The notes beneath the pieces are model-generated. The model ran no database searches. It had not been told where the DNA came from and saw nothing but the letters and a program-made list of their open reading frames with translations. DNA of 32,000 nucleotides from Dickeya dadantii NCPPB 898 (GTDB lineage Bacteria; Pseudomonadota; Gammaproteobacteria; Enterobacterales; Enterobacteriaceae): NCBI RefSeq assembly GCF_000406145.1, contig NZ_CM001976.1:327497-359496 (forward strand), read 5' to 3'. Of the stretch, positions 1 to 10,437 are shown in pieces. Each line of letters opens with the position of its first letter. Position 1 is the first letter of the stretch. The translations under genes and the position numbers were made by a program.

Positions 1-610
1 TAAAGTTTTCCAGCCCTTCCAGATTCAGCCCGCTGCGACCCAGCGCGGAAATGATGCCGGACGTCGCGGTCTGACCGAGCCCGAACGGGTTGCCGACGGC
101 AACGGCGAAGTCACCGACGCGCAGCTGATCGGAATCGGCCATTTTGACTTCGGTGAGATTCTTGGCGTCGTTCAACTGCAACAGCGCGATGTCGGTTTGC
201 TCGTCGCGGCCAATCAGTTTGGCGTCGTACTCACGGCCGTCATTCAACTGCACCTGAATTTTATCGGCGTTGTTGACGACGTGGTTGTTAGTCAGCACGT
301 AGCCTTTTTCGGCATTGATGATGACGCCGGAACCCAGCCCTTCAAACGGGCGAGAATTCTGTTTTTCAGAAGGGGTGTTAGGACCGAAGAAGAATTTAAA
401 CTCTTCCGGAATACGCTGGCGCTGTACCTGCGTGCCTTCCACATGGACACTCACTACGGCGGGCAGCACTTTTTCCAGCATCGGCGCCAGGCTCGGCAAA
501 GCCTGACCTTCTACCACAGCAGGCAGCGCGGCATTGGCCGGGGGCAGCGAAGATAACGACAGTCCAATACCGAGTGCCAGTGCGCTATATAACAACGATG
601 TTTTTTTCAT
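1..610 (-). CDS. degQ: Periplasmic serine endoprotease DegQ (HtrA family), N-terminal 203 codons; the rest of the gene lies beyond the window edge
   Basis: The ORF is absent from the track because it runs off the window. My minus-strand translation from the ATG at 610-608 reads MKKTSLLYSALALGIGLSLSSLPPANAALPAVVEGQALPSLAPMLEKVLPAVVSVHVEGT...GYVLTNNHVV (catalytic His)...TDIALLQL (catalytic Asp)...GNPFGLGQTATSGIISALGRSG. It has a signal peptide, is close to E. coli DegQ as I recall it, and lies next to zapG as in E. coli. Confidence 0.85.
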   Translation of the reverse strand, partial: MKKTSLLYSALALGIGLSLSSLPPANAALPAVVEGQALPSLAPMLEKVLPAVVSVHVEGTQVQRQRIPEEFKFFFGPNTPSEKQNSRPFEGLGSGVIINAEKGYVLTNNHVVNNADKIQVQLNDGREYDAKLIGRDEQTDIALLQLNDAKNLTEVKMADSDQLRVGDFAVAVGNPFGLGQTATSGIISALGRSGLNLEGLENF

Positions 611-846
611 TGATTGTTAACTCTCTCACGACCTGCCTATGAATAAAACAATGATATATAAACTCAATCTTGTGGTGAAGACTCAGACCCGGGGCTGTGT
701 GTAAAGTTCACTGATATTTCGTCAGCAGAATGTAACGGCCGTCGGTGCGGGGAAGATGATGGATGCCGGCGGCGAGGTCGCACCCTGACGACAAACAGCG
801 TGCCGCCAGGGTGAATAAAACCGGAAAGATCGGCAAAAATAGCCGG

Positions 847-1251
847 TTACTTGCCGATTGGCCGAGTGCCGCGCAGCAAGCCGGAAGCACTGCCCGAGTA
901 GTCGCGGGGCGGCATCTCCACCGGTGCCTGATCGTTGTCCGACTCAGCTTCGGTCAGGCGATAGCGGAACGGGTTATCCTGCCCCGGCATGTCAGGCAAC
1001 AGACTGTTGGAGCTTTTCGCCATATGCTGATAGAGCTGGCGGTAATCGCGCGCCATATTGTCGAGCAGTTCCGCGCTGCTGGCAAAGTGGCTGACCAGTT
1101 CCTGACGATATTCTTCCAGCTCGGTTTTGTTTTTCTCCAGTTCGTTTTGCAGTACCTGCTGCTGGCGCAGTTTACGGTTGCCGAACCGCATCGCGACAGC
1201 GCCAATGATGACACCGATAACAAATCCAATCAGCGCAGACTCCCAGGTCAT
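847..1251 (-). CDS. zapG: Z-ring-associated inner-membrane protein ZapG (YhcB, DUF1043)
   Basis: The 134-aa ORF has an N-terminal TM helix (ALIGFVIGVIIGAVAM) followed by a coiled-coil (LQNELEKNKTELEEYRQELVSHF). This matches YhcB, and it is divergent from zapE as in E. coli. Confidence 0.9.
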   Translation of the reverse strand: MTWESALIGFVIGVIIGAVAMRFGNRKLRQQQVLQNELEKNKTELEEYRQELVSHFASSAELLDNMARDYRQLYQHMAKSSNSLLPDMPGQDNPFRYRLTEAESDNDQAPVEMPPRDYSGSASGLLRGTRPIGK

Positions 1252-1461
1252 AAAACGACTCCTATTTTGACTTCGTTGTCCCGTAGGGTTTTTTCACTTA
1301 ATAATAGTCACTATAACCGCTAACCTCGCCGGAGTGGAGTCCTGTGTCTGGTCTGACCGGGACGCACGGGCGCCGCGAAGCGGTAACGCTCACGATCGCG
1401 GGCTTAACCGGCGTTAACGCACGATAAAATACAACGAAATTTTTCTCAGGGATTTTGCGCT

Positions 1462-2592
1462 ATGCAGAGAACAACCCCTTTGGCACTTTACCAGCAGGCT
1501 TTGGCGGCCCAGACTTACCAGCCGGATGAGGTGCAGCATCAGACGGTTGTCCGTCTGAACGCTATTCATCAGACGCTGACGGAACAGGTATGGGCGCCAG
1601 CGGAAAGCAGCGCGCCGGGACTGATGGCGAAATGGCGCACCTGGCTGGGGCAGAAGGAAAAATCACCGTCGCCGGTACAAGGGCTGTATATGTGGGGCGG
1701 GGTGGGGCGGGGTAAAACCTGGCTGATGGACCTGTTTTTCCACAGTCTGCCTTCGGAACGCAAGCTGCGTCTGCACTTTCACCGCTTCATGCTGCGCGTG
1801 CACGAAGAGCTGAATCAGTTGCAGGGACAGGAAAATCCGTTGGAAAAGGTGGCCGACGGCTTCAAAGCACAAACTGATATTCTGTGCTTCGACGAGTTCT
1901 TCGTTTCGGATATTACCGATGCCATGCTGCTGGCGGAACTGTTGCGAGCGCTTTTCTCCCGCGGCATTGCGCTGGTGGCGACCTCCAATATTCCGCCGGA
2001 CGAACTGTACCGCAACGGGTTGCAGCGCGCACGTTTCCTGCCGGCTATCGAGTTGATCAAGCGGCATTGCGGTGTATTGAATGTGGACGCCGGCATTGAT
2101 TATCGGCTGCGTACCCTGACTCAGGCGCACTTGTATCTCACCCCGAGCAATGCGGATACCGACGCGGAAATGCAGGCGATGTTCCGCCGCCTGTCCGGAC
2201 GTGATTTCAGTCAGCCCGGTCCGGTACTGGAGATTAATCATCGGCCGCTGACGACGCTGAGCGCCGGCGACGGGGTGCTGGCGGTGGATTTTGCCACGCT
2301 GTGCCTTGAGGCGCGTAGCCAGAATGACTACATCGCGCTATCACGGCTGTACCACACCGTGTTGTTGCACCATGTTCCGGTGATGGAGGTCAAAGACGAG
2401 AACGCCGCTCGCCGCTTTCTGGCGCTGGTGGACGAGTTTTATGAGCGTCGGGTGAAGCTGATCATGTCTGCGCAGGCGACGATGTTCGAGATTTATCAGG
2501 GTGAACATCTGAAGTTTGAATACCAGCGCTGCCTGTCGCGTTTGCAGGAGATGCAGAGCGAGGAGTATCTGCGTCAGCCCCACCTGCCATGA
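1462..2592 (+). CDS. zapE: Cell division AAA-family ATPase ZapE (YhcM)
   Basis: The 376-aa ORF has Walker A GLYMWGGVGRGKTWLMD and Walker B ILCFDEFFVSDI. The C-terminus CLSRLQEMQSEEYL is near-identical to E. coli ZapE. Confidence 0.92.
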   Translation: MQRTTPLALYQQALAAQTYQPDEVQHQTVVRLNAIHQTLTEQVWAPAESSAPGLMAKWRTWLGQKEKSPSPVQGLYMWGGVGRGKTWLMDLFFHSLPSERKLRLHFHRFMLRVHEELNQLQGQENPLEKVADGFKAQTDILCFDEFFVSDITDAMLLAELLRALFSRGIALVATSNIPPDELYRNGLQRARFLPAIELIKRHCGVLNVDAGIDYRLRTLTQAHLYLTPSNADTDAEMQAMFRRLSGRDFSQPGPVLEINHRPLTTLSAGDGVLAVDFATLCLEARSQNDYIALSRLYHTVLLHHVPVMEVKDENAARRFLALVDEFYERRVKLIMSAQATMFEIYQGEHLKFEYQRCLSRLQEMQSEEYLRQPHLP

Positions 2593-2598
2593 TTGCCG

Positions 2599-2626
2599 CT
2601 TGCCGCCGATAAATGACGGCGGCAAG
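2599..2626. terminator. Hairpin between the convergent zapE and hydrolase genes (candidate bidirectional terminator)
   Basis: A perfect 10-bp stem joins CTTGCCGCCG (2599-2608) and CGGCGGCAAG (2617-2626) with an 8-nt loop. It sits in the 55-bp spacer between two stop codons, and the U-tract is weak (GTGTTGTT). Confidence 0.5.
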
Positions 2627-2647
2627 GTGTTGTTAGCGAATAACGGC

Positions 2648-3535
2648 TTATGCCAGATAACGCCGGAACCAGGTGAGTGTCCTGTTCCAGGCCAGGTCGG
2701 CGGCGGCTTTGTCGTACCGCGGTGTGGAATCGTTATGAAAGCCGTGATTGGTGCCGGGGTAGATGTAGGCTTCGTAGGTTTTACTGGCGGCTTTTAACGC
2801 GGATTCATACGCCGGCCAGCCGGCGTTGATATTGTCGTCGCGCTCTGCGTAGTGCAGCAACAACGGCGCCTTGATGCGGGAGACGTCTTCCGGTTTGGGC
2901 TGGCGTCCGTAAAACGGCACGGCTGCGGCCAGTTCCGGATAGGCCACGGCTGCTGCATTGGCGACGCCGCCGCCGTAGCAAAATCCGGTGATGCCCACTT
3001 TGCCGGTCGCGTCTTTATGCTTCATCAGGAATTCGACGGCGGCAAAGAAATCATTCATCAGTTTGGTTGGGTCGATCTGCTGCTGGAGTTCCCGTCCTTT
3101 GTCGTCGTTGCCCGGGTAGCCGCCGACTGAGCTCAGGCCGTCCGGCGCCAGCGCGATAAACCCTTCTTTCGCCAAACGTCGCGCCACATCCTCGATATAC
3201 GGGTTTAGCCCCCGATTTTCATGCACCACTACCACGGCGGGAACCGGGCCGTTGGTTTTGGCCGGCCGCACGAGGTAACCGCGTACGCTGCCGTGACCAT
3301 TGGGGGACGGGTAGGTGATGTATTCCGGGATGATGGCCGGATCGGTGAATTCCACCTGTTGCGCCAGCGCGTAGTTCGGGCTCATCAGGGATAAAATGGT
3401 CATGGCGGTCAAACCGCCGGCGGCATATCTGGCGGCTCGCTCCAGAAACTCGCGTTTGGTCAGCTTGCCGTGCGCATAGTAGTCATAGAGTTCAAGCAAT
3501 TCCGGCTGGAAATCTTTTGCTGTAAGGCGTGTCAT
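2648..3535 (-). CDS. Dienelactone hydrolase family protein (alpha/beta hydrolase), probably exported
   Basis: The ORF is 2648..3565. I prefer the ATG at 3535 (MTRLTAKDF...) because GGAGG lies about 8 nt upstream. DLH-like motifs are VVVVHENRGLNPYIEDVARRLA, GITGFCYGG (nucleophile elbow with Cys) and YPGTNHGFHND. The hydrophobic N-region ends in ALA-QQ. Confidence 0.85.
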   Translation of the reverse strand: MTRLTAKDFQPELLELYDYYAHGKLTKREFLERAARYAAGGLTAMTILSLMSPNYALAQQVEFTDPAIIPEYITYPSPNGHGSVRGYLVRPAKTNGPVPAVVVVHENRGLNPYIEDVARRLAKEGFIALAPDGLSSVGGYPGNDDKGRELQQQIDPTKLMNDFFAAVEFLMKHKDATGKVGITGFCYGGGVANAAAVAYPELAAAVPFYGRQPKPEDVSRIKAPLLLHYAERDDNINAGWPAYESALKAASKTYEAYIYPGTNHGFHNDSTPRYDKAAADLAWNRTLTWFRRYLA

Positions 3536-3804
3536 CACACTCTTCCTCCGCTGATTTTGTTCCAAATCAATGTAGCAAAAAGCAAGGCGAGCCGATGTGG
3601 GCGGGTAAGGGGATATAGGCGCGCGAGCGTTAAAGACGGTAATAAAAATATTTATTTATTATTATGTTATGTGGGGGTGGCGAAACGGCGATGTTCGAGA
3701 GGGGATGCCGTCTCCACAATACTTACCATACTTTACGTTTCTTTCGATAATGCCCTGCAAGGCGGCACTGATGTTCGACTTAAACGTTTTGCTATTCAGC
3801 TGAG

Positions 3805-3846
3805 AAAAAAGTCGATCTTTGAAATCGACTTCTCTATAATCTTGCG
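3805..3846 (+). promoter_or_regulatory. Candidate rplM-rpsI promoter (consensus -10, A-tract upstream, overlapping inverted repeat)
   Basis: A perfect TATAAT lies at 3835-3840, followed by a GC-rich discriminator (CTTGCGACCCC), with an A6 tract at 3805-3810. There is no good -35. The inverted repeat AAGTCGAT (3809-3816) / ATCGACTT (3824-3831) sits where the -35 would be. Confidence 0.35.
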
Positions 3847-3988
3847 ACCCCACGTTACAACAAAGTTTTTTCCCGAAACTTTAATCGCGCTGGCAATAGC
3901 TATTCGAAGGGGTAGGTTTGCTGGACTAGATAGCCGTGTGAACCTCAACACTATTTATTTAAGCGTTTGGGTGTTCACCAACGTGTAA

Positions 3989-4846
<858 letters not shown>

Positions 4847-4882
4847 TTTCTGGCTGCCTGGCAGCGAAATCAACGCAGAAAA

Positions 4883-4910
4883 ACCCGGTGCCTGTCACCG
4901 GGTTTTTTTA
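4883..4910 (+). terminator. Rho-independent terminator of rplM-rpsI
   Basis: The stem ACCCGGTG (4883-4890) / CACCGGGT (4896-4903) has a 5-nt loop and is followed by a run of six T (4904-4909). Confidence 0.8.
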
Positions 4911-5045
4911 TTGTCAGCCCTAAACCACCTCCTTGGGAGGTGGTGATTGTTGCCGACGTTAAACCACTTTCCCGGACAGTGATGACCATTTACTGGTTTA
5001 ACTCTCGCGAGTTACTCAACGGCGGTGTCATGCTATTATAAAAGG

Positions 5046-5063
5046 CTACCTATCGGTAGGTAG
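5046..5063. promoter_or_regulatory. Palindrome, candidate operator of the adjacent TetR regulator
   Basis: The sequence is CTACCTA-TCGG-TAGGTAG, 7-bp perfect inverted arms with a 4-bp spacer. It lies 83 bp upstream of the TetR ATG and immediately downstream of a -10-like TATTAT/TATAAA (5035-5043). Confidence 0.35.
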
Positions 5064-5145
5064 TCTTTGATGGTGGTTGGCATAAGCTGTGTCGAACTCC
5101 ACCATACCCGGCATCATCCGATGCTCCAGATAGCGGAAGGACAGC

Positions 5146-5772
5146 ATGCAAGCACGAACATTATCGGTTGACAGAATTTGCGTGGCCGCCGCCGCGCACT
5201 TTGCTGAACATGGCTACGATGCGGCATCTCTTAATGAGATCGCCAAAGCGGTCAATATCAAAAAGGCGTCTCTCTATTCGCATTTCGCCAGTAAGAACGC
5301 GCTATTTATGACGGTCTTTGACGATACGTTGCAGATTGAGACGGCATTCGCCCAACAGTGTTTTAACGATGAAGCGCCAGATGCTCTGCCGGGAAGTCAC
5401 TATTTTTCCTGTCTTGCGAAACGTTACGCCGATTCGGTTTATCTTCGCTTTTTATTACGTACCGGTTATCTGGCGCCTGCGGCGCTATATGACCAAATAT
5501 CATTGGGTTACGAGAAGTATCTGGAGCAACTACAAGACGCCTTTATCAATAAGCTGCATTCCGGTCACGACACACGCCTGCTGCCAGCGGACGATGTAGA
5601 ACAGCTTGGGCAGGCTTATCTGGGCATTGTTGACAGCCTGCACGTCAAGCTGGTTTACACCGCCGAGCCGGATTTTTCCCGCAGGCTGACGGCAATGCGG
5701 CGACTGCTGTCTGATACTTTGCAGTGCGCAATCCTGTCGTCCAGACAATCGCGAGAGCAACATCATGTCTGA
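5146..5772 (+). CDS. TetR/AcrR family transcriptional regulator
   Basis: The 208-aa ORF has an N-terminal TetR HTH (AAAHFAEHGYDAASLNEIAKAVNIKKASLYSHFASKNALF). An RBS (GGAAGGA) lies 5 nt upstream. The stop overlaps the start of the downstream transporter (ATGTCTGA). Confidence 0.85.
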   Translation: MQARTLSVDRICVAAAAHFAEHGYDAASLNEIAKAVNIKKASLYSHFASKNALFMTVFDDTLQIETAFAQQCFNDEAPDALPGSHYFSCLAKRYADSVYLRFLLRTGYLAPAALYDQISLGYEKYLEQLQDAFINKLHSGHDTRLLPADDVEQLGQAYLGIVDSLHVKLVYTAEPDFSRRLTAMRRLLSDTLQCAILSSRQSREQHHV

Positions 5773-7019
5773 AAGGTATGAACATTCCGCCGCAGCGATG
5801 ACGTATTCCCTGATCTTACTGCTGGCGTTGCTGACTGCATTGGACGCTATGGCGATAGACATGTATTTACCGGCCATGCCGGCGCTGGCTATGGATTTCG
5901 GCGCTTCATCGGGCAAGGTGCAGCAAACGTTGTCCGTATTTCTCGTGGGGCTGGCTTTGGGGCAAGGCATCTGTGGGCCGCTGCTTGATCGCTATGGTCG
6001 GCGTATTCCCTTGCTGGCCGGTCTGGTGATTTTTATTGGCGGCTCCGTGATGGCTGCGTTGTCGCCTTCAATAGAGTGGCTGATGCTGGCGCGCTTTCTG
6101 CAGGCGTTGGGCGCTTCCGCCGGGCTGGTGGCGCCACGCGCGATTGTGGCTGATTTGTACAGCGTCGCCGAGTCGGCACGTATTTTTTCCCTGTTGATGC
6201 AGGTGATGATGATTCGCCCCGATACTGGCGCCACTATTAGGAGGTTATTTGCTGGCGCATGGTGAATGGCGTTTGGTTTTCTGGGTACTGGCGGGCTTGG
6301 GCGGCGCGGGGTTGATTTGGGGGATACGCACCATCCCCGAATCACTGAGCGAGGAAAAACGCCTGGCGTCTCGTGCGGGAAATCTGTCTCCTGGCAATAT
6401 CGTGCGGGCGTATGTCCAGCAGCTTGGCTACGGGGTCTTCATGGCTTATACCCTGGCCGGCGGGGTGATTTTTGGCTCGTTGTTTGTCTATATCAGTTCC
6501 TCGTCGTTTGTCTTTACCCAATCTTTTGGGCTGACGCCCGCGCAATTTAGTTACATTTTTGCGGCGAATGCCGTCAGTTTGGTGATTGGAGGGCAAATCA
6601 GCACCACATTGCTCAGACGTCGAGTGGGTGAGCAGCGGATCATGATGTTTGGCATCGTGATTCATATTCTGGCCGGGCTGGTACTGTCGGTACTGATTCT
6701 GAGCGGATGGATTGGGCTGTGGGGATATCTGTTGCTGCTGGCGACGGCGATCGGGGCGCTGGGACTGGTGTTTGGCAACCTCACCGCACTGACGATGGCA
6801 AATGCGGGCAGGCAAGCGGGGGTTGCTTCGGCGTTGATGGGCATGTTGCAGTATCTGATCGCCGCACTGGTGGGGTATTGCGCCAGCCAGGTATTGCAAG
6901 GGCCGGCGGTGTTGCCGGTGGTGATCGTACTGTGTGGCGTAGTGGCGATGTTACTCTGTATCATGGCCAGCCATATGGCGCAGGCCGCTTTTTCCACCTG
7001 TTATGACGACAGAGAATAA
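5765..7019 (+). pseudogene. MFS drug efflux transporter, Bcr/CflA (DHA1) subfamily, interrupted by a +1 frameshift near 6212-6216
   Basis: Two track ORFs (5765..6265 and 6249..7019) are the N- and C-halves of one 12-TM MFS protein. Frame 1 reads ...ARIFSLLMQVMMI then nonsense (RPDTGATIRRLFAGAW*). Shifting by one base at ATT-C-GCC gives MMIAPILAPLLGGYLLAHGEWRLVFWVLAG, which runs continuously into the second ORF. LDRYGRR is the MFS motif A. Confidence 0.75.
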
Positions 7020-7249
7020 ATCGTCTTATCTGGCAATGGGTTAACAATCATAAACGGCTTATTCCCCCACAAAACAAACAGAATCTGATACACTATTCGC
7101 CGGTTTTATGCCTGTTCGCCAGCAAGTGATTTTAACAGAACGACGGATGTCGTCCGCTTTCCCCGCGGGGAAGTCCAAACGCGGCAAGGCCAGCAGGATC
7201 CTATTCGATCGGTTGTTCGCCGTATTTTTTCGATAACTTGGAGGTTTTC

Positions 7250-7891
7250 ATGGCTGTCGCTGCCAACAAACGTTCGGTGATGACGCTGTTTTCCGGTCCG
7301 TCCGACATTTTTAGCCATCAGGTCCGCATCGTACTGGCCGAGAAAGGGGTGAGTGTCGAGATTGAACAGGTGGACATGGATAATCTGCCGCAGGACCTTA
7401 TCGACCTCAATCCTTACGGTTCCGTACCGACGCTGGTTGACCGTGAGCTGACGTTGTATGAATCACGTATCATCATGGAATACCTGGATGAGCGTTTCCC
7501 TCACCCGCCGCTGATGCCGGTCTATCCGGTGGCGCGTGGCAACAGTCGTCTGATGATGCACCGGATCGAGCAGGATTGGTATTCGCTGATGAAAACCGTC
7601 CTGAATGGCAATACACAGGATGCGGAAGCCGCACGCAAGCAACTTCGTGAAGAGCTGCTGGCGATCGCCCCGGTTTTCAACGAAGCGCCCTATTTCATGA
7701 GTGAAGAATTCAGTCTGGTGGATTGCTATCTGGCTCCGCTGCTGTGGCGTCTGCCGCTGTTGGGGATTGAATTGAGCGGTTCCGGCGCCAAGGAACTGAA
7801 AGGTTATATGACACGCGTGTTTGAACGTGATGCCTTCCTCGCTTCCCTGACTGAAGCTGAGCGCGAAATCCGGTTGCAATCCAGAGGGTAA
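7250..7891 (+). CDS. sspA: Stringent starvation protein A (GST-like RNAP-associated protein)
   Basis: [17 protein letters not shown]...[34 protein letters not shown] is near-identical to E. coli SspA. The ATG at 7250 is preceded by TTGGAGG. The track ORF starts at an upstream TTG (7238). Confidence 0.95.
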   Translation: MAVAANKRSVMTLFSGPSDIFSHQVRIVLAEKGVSVEIEQVDMDNLPQDLIDLNPYGSVPTLVDRELTLYESRIIMEYLDERFPHPPLMPVYPVARGNSRLMMHRIEQDWYSLMKTVLNGNTQDAEAARKQLREELLAIAPVFNEAPYFMSEEFSLVDCYLAPLLWRLPLLGIELSGSGAKELKGYMTRVFERDAFLASLTEAEREIRLQSRG

Positions 7892-7895
7892 TGGC

Positions 7896-8393
7896 ATGAC
7901 GTTGTCTCAGCTCTCTCCGCGCCGCCCGTATTTGTTACGGGCCTTTTATGACTGGTTGCTGGACAACCAACTGACGCCGCATCTGGTGGTTGATGTGACC
8001 GTTCCCGGCGTGCAGGTGCCGATGGAGTTCGCCCGCGACGGGCAGATTGTCCTGAATATTGCGCCGCGTGCGGTGGGAAATCTTGAACTAGCTGACGACA
8101 GCGTTCGCTTCAATGCGCGTTTTGGTGGCGTTCCCCGGGAGGTGTTCGTTCCGATGGCGTCGGTCATGGCGATTTATGCCCGGGAAAATGGCGCGGGCAC
8201 TATGTTTGAGCCGGAGCCGGCCTACGAAATCGTCGAAGAGTTTGGCGAACAGCCTCAAGCTGAAGAGGAGTCCAAACCGACGCTGATGTCGGTGGTGGAC
8301 AATGAATCTCCCTCCTCGCAGGACGAACAGCCGGATGACGAACCGCCGCAGCCGCCGAGAGGCGGCAGACCTTCCCTGCGCGTGGTCAAGTAA
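7896..8393 (+). CDS. sspB: ClpXP adaptor stringent starvation protein B
   Basis: The 165-aa ORF has N-terminus RRPYLLRAFYDWLLDNQLTPHLVVD and the C-terminal ClpX-binding tail PPRGGRPSLRVVK, as in E. coli SspB. It starts 4 nt after sspA. Confidence 0.95.
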   Translation: MTLSQLSPRRPYLLRAFYDWLLDNQLTPHLVVDVTVPGVQVPMEFARDGQIVLNIAPRAVGNLELADDSVRFNARFGGVPREVFVPMASVMAIYARENGAGTMFEPEPAYEIVEEFGEQPQAEEESKPTLMSVVDNESPSSQDEQPDDEPPQPPRGGRPSLRVVK

Positions 8394-8406
8394 TCGCGAT
8401 TGATAA

Positions 8407-8433
8407 AAAAGGCACGTTACAGTGCCTTTTTTT
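8407..8433 (+). terminator. Rho-independent terminator of sspAB
   Basis: The stem AAAAGGCAC (8407-8415) / GTGCCTTTT (8422-8430) has a 6-nt loop, and the T-run continues to 8433. Confidence 0.75.
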
Positions 8434-8525
8434 ATTGGTTGGAAGAAAAGCAACAGTACCGTAATTTTCTGTTTATCAAAGGGTTTATCCATTGTCAGTG
8501 TCGTGCTTAACCGAAGGAGAATGTG

Positions 8526-8936
8526 ATGAAAACCAGTCAAGGCCGCTGTCTATGCGGCGCAGTAACTATAACGGTCCCTGAGTCATGTACGCATGATGTT
8601 TATGTCTGTCATTGCGGTATGTGTCGGACATGGGGCGGTGGGCCGTTGATGGCGATTGAAACTCAGCATGGGGTGACTCTCGAAGGGGAAGAGCATGTCG
8701 GACGGTATCGTTCTTCCGACTGGGCGGAGCGTGCATTCTGTCGCACATGCGGGACGCATCTGTTTTATCGGTTGTTTGAGCCGGAAATCTATTCGATTTC
8801 AGCGGGGTTATTCCCCAATATCCCCAAGCAATTGGTTTCGCAAGTCTATATTGATAATAAGCCTGATTATTATGACTTCTTACAGCAAACTCCAACGATG
8901 ACTGAACAGGACATCATCGATTTATATAAAAAATAA
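8526..8936 (+). CDS. GFA family protein (CENP-V/glutathione-dependent formaldehyde-activating fold, Zn-Cys)
   Basis: The Cys pattern CLCGAV...CHCGMCRTWGG...CRTCGTHLFY is typical of Pfam GFA. AAGGAG lies 6 nt upstream of the ATG at 8526, while the track ORF starts at the GTG at 8523. The 3' third is AT-rich. Confidence 0.8.
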   Translation: MKTSQGRCLCGAVTITVPESCTHDVYVCHCGMCRTWGGGPLMAIETQHGVTLEGEEHVGRYRSSDWAERAFCRTCGTHLFYRLFEPEIYSISAGLFPNIPKQLVSQVYIDNKPDYYDFLQQTPTMTEQDIIDLYKK

Positions 8937-8971
8937 TGCGGGTTGATGCTGTGCCGGAAAACGAAAAGATA

Positions 8972-8991
8972 AAGGCGGCCGGAGCCGCCTT
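8972..8991. terminator. Bidirectional terminator between the GFA gene and gltD
   Basis: The stem AAGGCGGC (8972-8979) / GCCGCCTT (8984-8991) has a CGGA loop. It is flanked by an A-run upstream and TTTT downstream, so it can work for both convergent genes. Confidence 0.6.
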
Positions 8992-9009
8992 TTGGGGTAT
9001 CAGAAAGGA

Positions 9010-10437
<1,428 letters not shown>

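Noticed and set aside
3470-3988. A 172-aa plus-strand ORF spans the hydrolase 5' end and the rplM upstream region.
   Set aside because: It overlaps the hydrolase start in antisense and then runs through an AT-rich promoter and leader region. It has no RBS and no motif, and the region is better explained as the rplM promoter and leader.
7020-7249. The spacer upstream of sspA contains the 70-aa minus ORF 7106..7318 and a small palindrome TTCCCCGCGGGGAA (7159-7172), which were considered as a possible gene or sRNA.
   Set aside because: The ORF overlaps the sspA start in antisense and has no RBS. The palindrome has essentially no loop and no U-tract. The most parsimonious reading is that this is the sspA promoter region plus the MFS 3' flank.
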